Positions 7,161 to 15,290 of a stretch of 26,416 nucleotides of DNA are shown here, one piece after another; within the stretch, counting starts at the first letter, position 1, and each line of letters opens with the position of its first letter. The DNA lies in IMG/VR virus record IMGVR_UViG_3300038393_000621, positions 1 to 26,416 of that record. One strand, given 5' to 3'. This DNA comes from a virus. Lineage: Duplodnaviria > Caudoviricetes. The notes under the pieces were generated by a model. That model did no database searches and had not been told where the DNA came from. It saw only the letters and a list, made by a program, of their open reading frames with translations. The position numbers and the translations under genes are program-made.

Positions 7161-9664
7161 AACGGCCTCAATGGTTGGACCATCATCCTTTGCCCGTATT
7201 GGGATTGTCGCTTCGATTCCGTCTTCCTGATGTAGCCTGGCGTTGCAACCTCATGCAGCGAATTCAGGAATAGGAAATCCAGTGCCGGGCGGACATAGTA
7301 GAGATTGACGAACGGCGTATTTTGCGTTGCGTAGTTCAGCCAGTCCGCCAGTTTCACCTGCTCATCCGAACTCACGGACGCGTCGCGGGCCTTCAGGATC
7401 AGATCCACCAAACCAGAGCCCGCGCCGATCGTGGGCCCAAGGAAGGTCTCCAGCGGGCCACCACCGAACCGGCTGACTCGGCTGAATAGGTAGTCGCCAT
7501 AGATACCGGCTGCCCCGCCCTGCACGAATGCAGCGCCCCATGTGTGCGGGTCGGTCGGATCGCGCGGCGGCCAATAGCCTCTGGTGAAATCCTTCATGGT
7601 CATGGCGGCATAGCCAGCCATGGTGAGACCCGCCAGCATCGTACCGATATGCGCAACCTGCTCCAGTCTCGCGCCCTGTCTGAAGCCGAAAGCCGCCCGC
7701 CCCATGGTGCGCTGCGCAAAGGCGATCGGAAAGCCCTTGAACTGCATGATGAAGCGAAGGCCTTCGCCTGCGATGGTGCCAGGACGAGTCCCCAATGTCG
7801 TAGTGCGCCGCGAGCGCGCATCGGTCTCGATTACGCCATACGAGGTCTCATCCGCGAAGAACCGGCGCAGCGACATTTCCAGATCATGACGGGCGGCATC
7901 GGCTGTCTTGCTCAGCCCGGCTACTGCTTCATCGGGCAGGTCGCGCATCCTTTCGGGCGTGACATAGACGTTACCGTTGATCTCTCGGAACTGCGCCTGG
8001 CGGATGGCTTCCCACTTGGGCTCAGTGATGCCGTGGAGGCCAAGCACATGGCGGTAGTTCGCCGGCAGATCAGCAAAGGCGGTCCTTGCTCTCATACCCA
8101 TCTCTGCGGAGATCATGCGGCCCGCCGATGCGCGCTGAATGTCCGTCCACCAGGACAAGCCGTTCCAGCGGAAGAATGTCTCTTGCATCTTGGAGAGCTT
8201 GCCTACCGGGCCGTCAATCGCCGCAGCCGGAGAAACGATGTGCCCGATCAGGCCGTCAAAGCCCTCCCCGAGGAGATAGGAAATCTCAGCCTGCTCATTC
8301 TTCGGCCGGCCGTGCATGATGCCATCGATTTGGGCTATGAAACCCTTGAGAAAGCCGGAGCCCCGGAATTGTGCGGCAAGCCCTGCCGTCACGGTATCGG
8401 ACATGGATGACCAGATAGCGCCGCCGAGCTTCGCCATGGACTGGACCGCGCGGATGTCGGAGCCAACCTTTGCCATGGTGGCGTTGACCGGGCGGGAGAT
8501 CAGGCCTGTCGAGATATCCAGCGCATCACGAAGCGCCCCAGCGTCGATGGTCAGGCCCTTCATCTGCTTGGCCTTCTCAGCCGGCGGAAGGTTCGGGTTG
8601 TCTTTGATCGCTCGTTTCAAGCCCTCGACAACGGACCCGTACATGACCTCCGGGTTTGGCCCGAGCGCTTCCATGTTGGCGGCCATGCGGGAGGCCGAAC
8701 GAAGGTGAGCGATGATGCCAGAAACGGTGTTGCCGTAACCAAACTGATCGCGATAAGCCAAGGCGGATTCCGCATCCTTGAAATGCAGCACGCGTGACTT
8801 GCCGAGCGACTTCGCCAGATTGGCGGGAGAAACACGCTGCCCGACCTCGCGAGGCGTCGGCTTGTTAGGCAAGCCAGTGACCAGTGTATCGTAAATGCCC
8901 GAAAGAGCTTCCTCGATATCCTTGGCCGACGCTGCATCAGGGAACGTGCGGGCCATGTCGAGTTTCGGCAGGATGGCGTTGATCCAGGCTTCCTTGCCGG
9001 CCGCGATCATCTTCATGTCATCGTGCGTCTGAGCGCCGGACCAGCCGTCGAGCTTGCCGATGGAAGCCCCGAGCTTGTTCAAGTCCGTGCGGCTCAATTC
9101 CGCATAGGTCGAGAAGACCTTGGCAAGATACTCCGCGTCCTTGTTGCCGGTGATGCCCGGCTTGCCGCCGTCCCTCAGTTCAGCCATTTCCCGCGCGATG
9201 TCGGCGTCAAGTACGCGATCACGTAATGCGTGGATGAGATGAGGCGCTTTGGCCTGAATCTCGGCAAACATATCGCCGATGTAACGAGCCTCGTAAGCGA
9301 GGTTGAGCGCGCCCACCGAATTGCGGCTGTTCTCAACGCCTTTCGATGTCCCCTCCAGAACTGCGAGCAAAGCGCGCTTTGGCGTCAGGCCGGCAGCAAG
9401 GAAGCCCTGCAATGTCTTGTCCAGCCGATCACGCACGAGAATATTCAACGCGGCGTGACGGCGCTGCATGGCCGCAGCAATCTTGGTCCTCTCAGCTTCG
9501 CGTTCGGCGAAGGATTTCAGCTTATCCCCAAGATTGGTGATGTCGCCGCTCGCCTGGAGGCTGGCCTTGTATTCGGCCATGCGCTGGAAAGCGGCCTCGA
9601 TCTCCTCGCGGTTAAGCTGTTCACCCGATGCCTTGTTGGCGGCATTGAAGCAATCGGCTCCCAT
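7154..9664 (-). CDS. Large internal virion (ejection) protein
   Basis: About 836 aa, helical; SRVLHFKD, QFKGFP, GGAAGIYGD, LGP, P..NL.Y motifs; last gene of the ejection cluster. Start 9664 or 9691. Confidence 0.75.
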   Translation of the reverse strand: MGADCFNAANKASGEQLNREEIEAAFQRMAEYKASLQASGDITNLGDKLKSFAEREAERTKIAAAMQRRHAALNILVRDRLDKTLQGFLAAGLTPKRALLAVLEGTSKGVENSRNSVGALNLAYEARYIGDMFAEIQAKAPHLIHALRDRVLDADIAREMAELRDGGKPGITGNKDAEYLAKVFSTYAELSRTDLNKLGASIGKLDGWSGAQTHDDMKMIAAGKEAWINAILPKLDMARTFPDAASAKDIEEALSGIYDTLVTGLPNKPTPREVGQRVSPANLAKSLGKSRVLHFKDAESALAYRDQFGYGNTVSGIIAHLRSASRMAANMEALGPNPEVMYGSVVEGLKRAIKDNPNLPPAEKAKQMKGLTIDAGALRDALDISTGLISRPVNATMAKVGSDIRAVQSMAKLGGAIWSSMSDTVTAGLAAQFRGSGFLKGFIAQIDGIMHGRPKNEQAEISYLLGEGFDGLIGHIVSPAAAIDGPVGKLSKMQETFFRWNGLSWWTDIQRASAGRMISAEMGMRARTAFADLPANYRHVLGLHGITEPKWEAIRQAQFREINGNVYVTPERMRDLPDEAVAGLSKTADAARHDLEMSLRRFFADETSYGVIETDARSRRTTTLGTRPGTIAGEGLRFIMQFKGFPIAFAQRTMGRAAFGFRQGARLEQVAHIGTMLAGLTMAGYAAMTMKDFTRGYWPPRDPTDPHTWGAAFVQGGAAGIYGDYLFSRVSRFGGGPLETFLGPTIGAGSGLVDLILKARDASVSSDEQVKLADWLNYATQNTPFVNLYYVRPALDFLFLNSLHEVATPGYIRKTESKRQSQYGQRMMVQPLRPFQ

Positions 9665-9678
9665 CTTGTAGCGGATTT

Positions 9679-11568
9679 TCAAAGCAGGCACCCCGCTACT
9701 GACTTGATGGCTTCAGCGAAAGCGGAGCCGGCGTGATAATCGGCCTCAGCCTGAGCGAGAGTGGCGGCATCGTCCGGTGTCAAGCGGCCCTCGGCAGCGA
9801 GTTGCGCCACTTCGGCTTCCTCTGGGAAAGCACCGGTCGCAGGATCGACACTATGTTGGGCGGCAAGCGCCTTGACATCTTCCGGCTTGGCGATGGAAGC
9901 TTCGGCTTGCTTGAGTCCTTCCGGGCGCGGCTCTGGGGCTGGCTTGGTTGTATCGACAGCCACAGGCTGGTCATTCTTGCGGGCAATGCGCACCAGGTTC
10001 TGGTCAAAGACCACGATGTTATGCGAGCCGTCACCAGCATCGCGCGATGATGCGTCCAGATATTTGATGCCGGGGATGCCGGCATTCATGAGATCGGTCG
10101 CATGCGTATTGCCAAGGCCATATTCGACATATTCGCCGCCCGTCTTATTGGCAAACTGCTCGAAATTGGCATCGCCCATCTGCTTGCGGAGTGCATCCTG
10201 AACGAATGGAGACTGTTCAGAAAGGGGCTTATCCCAATCGAGCAGATGGTCTTTTGAAGCCCGGATGCGAACCTCGTAGAGATTTCCCGGCTGCGGCTGA
10301 GACAGAAACCGATGCGCATCGGCATACACAGGGTTGCGCATATTATCGACGCCCGGCGCGGCTGGCTCGAACTCCCGGTCAAGCTGCCTCAATGCTTTGG
10401 CGAAGTCGCCACCATTGGCGTCCAGAAGGTCGCGAACAATGCTCCCCGCCTGCGGGTTGTCGACAAGCATGGAATCGACGCCAAGCTTCTTCTGATAGCC
10501 CTTGGCAATGTCGGCATTCTCGGCGAAATACAGGCCACGACCATAAGCCTGAGCGCCCTCCCCAGAGCCGATATGCTCGGTAGCAAAGGCAGAAAAATCA
10601 TGCGGCGAACCATGATAGGCGGTGATCTCGTCCGCCACCCGCGCCAAAGGCTCCGTCGCATTAGGCGACAGATTGACATCCTCGCCCCGAACAATCGCAT
10701 CAATGCCCTCATTCAGGGCAATGCGGCTCTCCATGGTGGTCTGGAGAGTCGATAGGCGCTGTTCTGCCTCTGCCATGCGACGGGCGTCGATGCGCGCTCC
10801 TATGGCGCCGTGGATGGTCCCGAAGGCCGAACCAATAAGCCCTGCCGTTGCGATCTGCGAAATAAGCGCCTGCCACGAAACATCGTCGCCGAGTTGAGCA
10901 CGAGCATCGGCAGTACCAATCCCGAACAGAGCGGTGTTTGCTGCGGCATCCAAGCTGGCAGTTAGCGCCTCGCCGCCGATCCTGCCGAAGCGGCCAATCG
11001 CAGCCGCTTTGACCAGCGGCCCGCCGACCGGGACATAATTGATCGGATCAAGAGCCTGGCCCGCCATCGAGCCGAGAAAGGCAGCTATCGGTCGCTTCTG
11101 CGCATAGAACTCGCGCACCTTCTTGGCATCATCCATCGCAGCCAATGCGGCGGCCCGCGTCTCCGTCATGCCGGGATCGTAGGGAATATCCTTTCGAAAC
11201 GACGGGGACGCCCTGTATTGATCCTCCGTAAGCGCCCCTGCGTCCTGCCGGCGCTGTTCAAGCTGGGCCGGCGTATCGCCCCATGTGCCCATAAGCGCAT
11301 CACGCATGCCGACATTGGGCGGGGCATAGACATCACCAGTTCCGACAACGGCATTGCCGTTCTGATCGACGCCATCCTGGACCGGGGCTTCTTCCGGCAA
11401 GGCCCCACGGCGCAAGACAGTGCCGAGACCGAAGCTCTCCAGCGCACCGCCCTTGCCCTCCTCGAACAGCGTCGAAGTCAGGCTGAGCGGTTGGCTCATT
11501 GCCGAGTCCAGAAGATCAAACTTGGACAGCCCGCTATAGGTCGGGCCGCTCATCGAATAGACGCTCAC
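9679..11568 (-). CDS. Internal virion protein with ADP-ribosyltransferase-like (ART-PolyVal-type) domain
   Basis: DPINYVP and Gly/Ala-rich hydrophobic stretch; AYHGSPHDF..IGSGEGAQAYGRGLYFAEN..GNLYEV..GIPGIKYLD..NIVVFD. Confidence 0.75.
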   Translation of the reverse strand: MSVYSMSGPTYSGLSKFDLLDSAMSQPLSLTSTLFEEGKGGALESFGLGTVLRRGALPEEAPVQDGVDQNGNAVVGTGDVYAPPNVGMRDALMGTWGDTPAQLEQRRQDAGALTEDQYRASPSFRKDIPYDPGMTETRAAALAAMDDAKKVREFYAQKRPIAAFLGSMAGQALDPINYVPVGGPLVKAAAIGRFGRIGGEALTASLDAAANTALFGIGTADARAQLGDDVSWQALISQIATAGLIGSAFGTIHGAIGARIDARRMAEAEQRLSTLQTTMESRIALNEGIDAIVRGEDVNLSPNATEPLARVADEITAYHGSPHDFSAFATEHIGSGEGAQAYGRGLYFAENADIAKGYQKKLGVDSMLVDNPQAGSIVRDLLDANGGDFAKALRQLDREFEPAAPGVDNMRNPVYADAHRFLSQPQPGNLYEVRIRASKDHLLDWDKPLSEQSPFVQDALRKQMGDANFEQFANKTGGEYVEYGLGNTHATDLMNAGIPGIKYLDASSRDAGDGSHNIVVFDQNLVRIARKNDQPVAVDTTKPAPEPRPEGLKQAEASIAKPEDVKALAAQHSVDPATGAFPEEAEVAQLAAEGRLTPDDAATLAQAEADYHAGSAFAEAIKSVAGCLL

Positions 11569-14465
11569 TGGCCCATTTCCCGACGCATCTGGTTAAGCTG
11601 CTGAGTGTCGGCGCCAGTCGTGCCGAGATTGCTTATCGGTCCCTTCTGTGCCGGCGGGAGGTTGCCGGTGATCTTGAAGATGATAGGCGCCCCGCTTTCG
11701 TCCGAGACTGCCTTGTCGGTGTAGGGATCGATGAACACATAGCCATCGCCGGAATTGCGGAAGAAGCCATTCGCGATGATGTTCGGAATGTGGTTCGCGG
11801 CGGCGGCGCCAATGATGGCAGCCGTTCCGTTGCTACGATTGTCGTAGTACCTAGCCTGGGCTTCGTGCAAAGCTTGCGCATATGCATCGGCATGCTCTGG
11901 CGTGTCGAAAACCCCCAGGTTCTGGCCGGTCTTGTGGTACAAGTCTATCGCCTGCTGGTCCGATAGGATTTTACCGTCAGGCGAAACGGTCGGCACCAAG
12001 ATTTCTTTGCCGTCTTCTTCAAACGACATGGAACGCACGGTGCTAATTGTCCCGTCCGAATTCTTGACAACTGGCCGCTTGGCCAAGTCGATGTTGCCGG
12101 CCTGGACTTGGCCGGCTGGCGTACCTGCTGGAGCCGGGCCGGGGAGTGCCAAGGCCTGTTTCAGCGCCGTTTCGACTTCCGGCAGCTTCGCCGACAGTTC
12201 GGTAATGACCGCGCCCCTGTCCTGATTGGTCGGGACAAGGATCTGCATGTGACCCTGGTTCACCACCTGAACGTCGCCATAGAGGTCTTTCGACACGCCC
12301 GCGATGGCCTGGTCCATCGTCTCACCGTTGCGAAGGCGAAGATTGACGGCGTTGTTGATGAGCTTCGAATCCCGCTGGGCTCGGGTGTAGTTCTCTGCCG
12401 TGCCGCTGCTCAACCCATAGTAGATGTCACCGATCTGGCCCTGGTCCATGATTTGCTGCTGCACGGCCTGATCGATATCGCTGGTCTTGATGTCGTTCGG
12501 GATTTTGCCGGCGAGTTTCGAGGGATCGACCATCGCGGCCTGGAACAGGCGATCAGCCGCCGCGCTATCGCCGCGAGACAACGCCTCGAAGGCACCCTGG
12601 GTGATGTCGGGAAGTCCTTGGGCAACCATCTGGTTAAAGAGCAATTGCCGCTGATGCGGGTCTTTCGTCGCCATGACAATGCTCGCGACGGCGCCAATTC
12701 TGTTGGCCTGGGGCTGGGTTTCGTCCTTGAAGATGTTTACCGCGTTGCCGGCTATCTCTTTGGGCAAGGGTTGGACATTCTTGATGCCAAGCTGCTCCTG
12801 CGCGATGATGGAGGCATTCACCGCGTCCGTGTAATTGCCAGCCGCCTGAGCCTGCTTCCACTTCTCATCAACGGACGGAAAGACAGTGCGGGCTACCGTT
12901 GCCCCGTCTGCCTCACGCGCCTTGATGGTTGCTTCCTGTGCGTTGACCAGCGTCTCGTATCGCTTGGCCTGAAGTGCCGCGTCATCACCCGACGAGGTGG
13001 GCTTAGCGGCGTTGACCATCTGCTGGATATCGCCCGCAGACATGGTGCGCATGTCGTAAGCCTGTTTGCTCGTCTGCATCGAGGAGACGAAGGCATCGTA
13101 GCGTGATGCGCCTTCCTGCGGACCGTAGGCGTCGAAGAACTGCTGCTGTGTCGGCGTCGCGCCCGTATACTGCCCGGTGGAAAACATGGCGGCAGGGCCA
13201 TTGGTGACGGCTGTTTCAATGTCAAACTTGTTGTCTGCCGCAATCTTGTTGCGGGTTGCGTCCGCCTTGGTCTGGACAGCGTATTTCTCTTCAGGCGAGA
13301 GCGTGTCGTAATAATCCGGGTTCTCACCGCCGCCGGCCTGGCGAGTGGCAGTAGCCATCCTGGCATCGGCCCAATCCTTGACCTCACCAGCCGTCTTGCC
13401 TGCGAGGATGGAACGATTGGCAGCAATGGCCTGCGGGCTGAAGATGGCGCTTACAGGGGTGTTCGCTGGCGCCTTGGCGAGCTTCTCCGCAACCCCGTAA
13501 CCGCTGAAATGTGCAAGATAGACTTCGCCCGGCGTGGGCTCGCGGCCAAGGTCTCGCCTCAGCCCGGCGATATTGTCAGCCGTCAACCGTGCGCCGGCAT
13601 CCGCATTCGCTTCCGCGTCGAATTTGTTGCGCAGATGGTATTGGTTCGCCGTGCCGTCCACGAATTGAAACAAGCCGCCGGCTGAAGAGGAACTTGACTG
13701 AGCGTTCGGGTTCAACCCACTTTCGATCTGAGCGATGCCGAGGGCGATGCTGGGGGGCACACCGTACTGCCGGGCCTTAGCAGCGATCATGTTGCCGATG
13801 GCGCCGCGCGGTCTTTGGAACGCGTCAGGGTTGGTTTCGGCCTCCAGTTCGGCCCGACTGAAATTGGCCTTGTTGATATATAGCTCCCGGCGCGCTTCAG
13901 CCTGGCTTGGGTCGAGCAAGCCCGACGCCTGTCCTTGCTGAATAGCCCCGGCGATGTCCGCCTTGGCCTTGGCCCTGACATCTGGAGGCGTGTTCGGATC
14001 GACATAGAGCCGGCGATTGGTCTCCAATGCATTGTCGAAGGCGGCCGTTTCGGCTTCGCGCTGCATCGTGACGCCATGATCATTGATAGCGTCGTTGACG
14101 CGCAACGCGTCCGTGCCAGCGCTGAGAGACCAGCGCTCGCGCATCTGCGGGTCTCGGATCAGGTTTGCCGCGTTCTCGACGACTTCGCTGGTCTGCGCCG
14201 GAGCCCGCTTGTTGTAGGTCGAATAGTCTGGGTCATATCGGAAGTCGTTCTTTATTCCGATAAATCCCTTTTCCTTTTCGGCTTCCGCGCGTGCAATATC
14301 GACTACGTTCTGCTGCTGGCGCCGTTCAGCCGCGATCCCTTGGATATCAGCCCCGAGACTGGCGAGCCCCCGCCCGATACCGCTCGTATCGATCTGGGCT
14401 ATCGCCCTGCCGGAGCGAAGGTTCTCCGGTCCGCTCAAATCGAGCTTGGATGGAAGGCGCGCCAT
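11565..14465 (-). CDS. Internal virion protein with SLT-type lytic transglycosylase domain, 966 aa
   Basis: AQIESGLNPNA, SAGGLFQF, YLAHFSG; syntenic position after the small ejection protein. Confidence 0.82.
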   Translation of the reverse strand: MARLPSKLDLSGPENLRSGRAIAQIDTSGIGRGLASLGADIQGIAAERRQQQNVVDIARAEAEKEKGFIGIKNDFRYDPDYSTYNKRAPAQTSEVVENAANLIRDPQMRERWSLSAGTDALRVNDAINDHGVTMQREAETAAFDNALETNRRLYVDPNTPPDVRAKAKADIAGAIQQGQASGLLDPSQAEARRELYINKANFSRAELEAETNPDAFQRPRGAIGNMIAAKARQYGVPPSIALGIAQIESGLNPNAQSSSSSAGGLFQFVDGTANQYHLRNKFDAEANADAGARLTADNIAGLRRDLGREPTPGEVYLAHFSGYGVAEKLAKAPANTPVSAIFSPQAIAANRSILAGKTAGEVKDWADARMATATRQAGGGENPDYYDTLSPEEKYAVQTKADATRNKIAADNKFDIETAVTNGPAAMFSTGQYTGATPTQQQFFDAYGPQEGASRYDAFVSSMQTSKQAYDMRTMSAGDIQQMVNAAKPTSSGDDAALQAKRYETLVNAQEATIKAREADGATVARTVFPSVDEKWKQAQAAGNYTDAVNASIIAQEQLGIKNVQPLPKEIAGNAVNIFKDETQPQANRIGAVASIVMATKDPHQRQLLFNQMVAQGLPDITQGAFEALSRGDSAAADRLFQAAMVDPSKLAGKIPNDIKTSDIDQAVQQQIMDQGQIGDIYYGLSSGTAENYTRAQRDSKLINNAVNLRLRNGETMDQAIAGVSKDLYGDVQVVNQGHMQILVPTNQDRGAVITELSAKLPEVETALKQALALPGPAPAGTPAGQVQAGNIDLAKRPVVKNSDGTISTVRSMSFEEDGKEILVPTVSPDGKILSDQQAIDLYHKTGQNLGVFDTPEHADAYAQALHEAQARYYDNRSNGTAAIIGAAAANHIPNIIANGFFRNSGDGYVFIDPYTDKAVSDESGAPIIFKITGNLPPAQKGPISNLGTTGADTQQLNQMRREMGQ

Positions 14466-14917
14466 CAGCCGAACACACCTGACTTAGCCATGCCGCCAGC
14501 CATGGAGCCGAAGCCGCCCAGAACCGAACCAAGCAGGGATGCATTGCCCGACATGCGGCGAGCCTTAGCGCTGTCCCTCAGCCCCGCCGCTCGGGAGTAT
14601 CCGCCGTACATGGCCGTCTGCGCGTTGTAGTCGGCCTCTCCCGCCGTCTGCCCCATGAGCTTGACGATGGTGGGCGCGTCCGTGCCGGCACCCGCGCCGG
14701 ATGCAGCTGCAAGGGCCTGTGCGCGCGAGTTGAGGATTTCCCCTTCCTTGCGCTTGGCGATGGCGTCGCGCTGGGCTGCGGCAACCTCTTCCTTGGCTTT
14801 CATGTCCATCTGCGCGGCTTCGAAGTCGGCGGACTGCTTTTCCGCAGCCCCGGCCGCTATCGTCCCGGCGCCGGAAAGAACGGAGCCAAGCGCGCCAAGG
14901 AGTTCCAAACCGGACAT
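14465..14917 (-). CDS. Small internal virion protein (T7 gp14-like position), 150 aa
   Basis: Hydrophobic Gly-rich termini, Ala-rich coiled coil, AAASGAG motif; start moved to ATG 14917. Confidence 0.75.
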   Translation of the reverse strand: MSGLELLGALGSVLSGAGTIAAGAAEKQSADFEAAQMDMKAKEEVAAAQRDAIAKRKEGEILNSRAQALAAASGAGAGTDAPTIVKLMGQTAGEADYNAQTAMYGGYSRAAGLRDSAKARRMSGNASLLGSVLGGFGSMAGGMAKSGVFG

Positions 14918-14924
14918 CAGGCCG

Positions 14925-15290
14925 TCACCCAACTTTGCATCGGAAAACCTCGTTGCCGTTCTCGGTGGCAAAGAACTCGAACCCCGCCAGCTTGATCAGC
15001 CTTGGCGCGGTTTCATATTGCGGATCGCGGATCGCGTAGACGTAGCGCTCGCCCAGCTGAGCGGCCTTCTTCATGAACTTGCGCGCCATCGACAGGATGG
15101 GGCGCGCATATTCCGGTTTCGGCGCAGTTACGGTGAACCATATCCAGCACCGGTCATTGCCCCATGCCAGGCCACCGGAGCCGACAATGACATCATCATC
15201 CACTCCGACATAGGCGATTGCCGGCCAGTCGATCTCAATGTCCAAGGCCACCGCAACGCTGTACGGGTCGGCGTGGTGGATTGTCAGCAT
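14925..15290 (-). CDS. GNAT-like acetyltransferase (T7 gp13-like position), 121 aa
   Basis: TGATG-coupled to tail tube B; VGSGGL..WIWF and APRLIKLAGF resemble GNAT motifs. Confidence 0.65.
   Translation of the reverse strand: MLTIHHADPYSVAVALDIEIDWPAIAYVGVDDDVIVGSGGLAWGNDRCWIWFTVTAPKPEYARPILSMARKFMKKAAQLGERYVYAIRDPQYETAPRLIKLAGFEFFATENGNEVFRCKVG

Noticed and set aside
9660-9695. Possible frameshift fusion of the two large ejection proteins (CTTTGAAAA)
   Set aside because: No canonical slippery heptamer, the upstream protein has a plausible natural end, and in-frame starts exist at 9691 and 9664.
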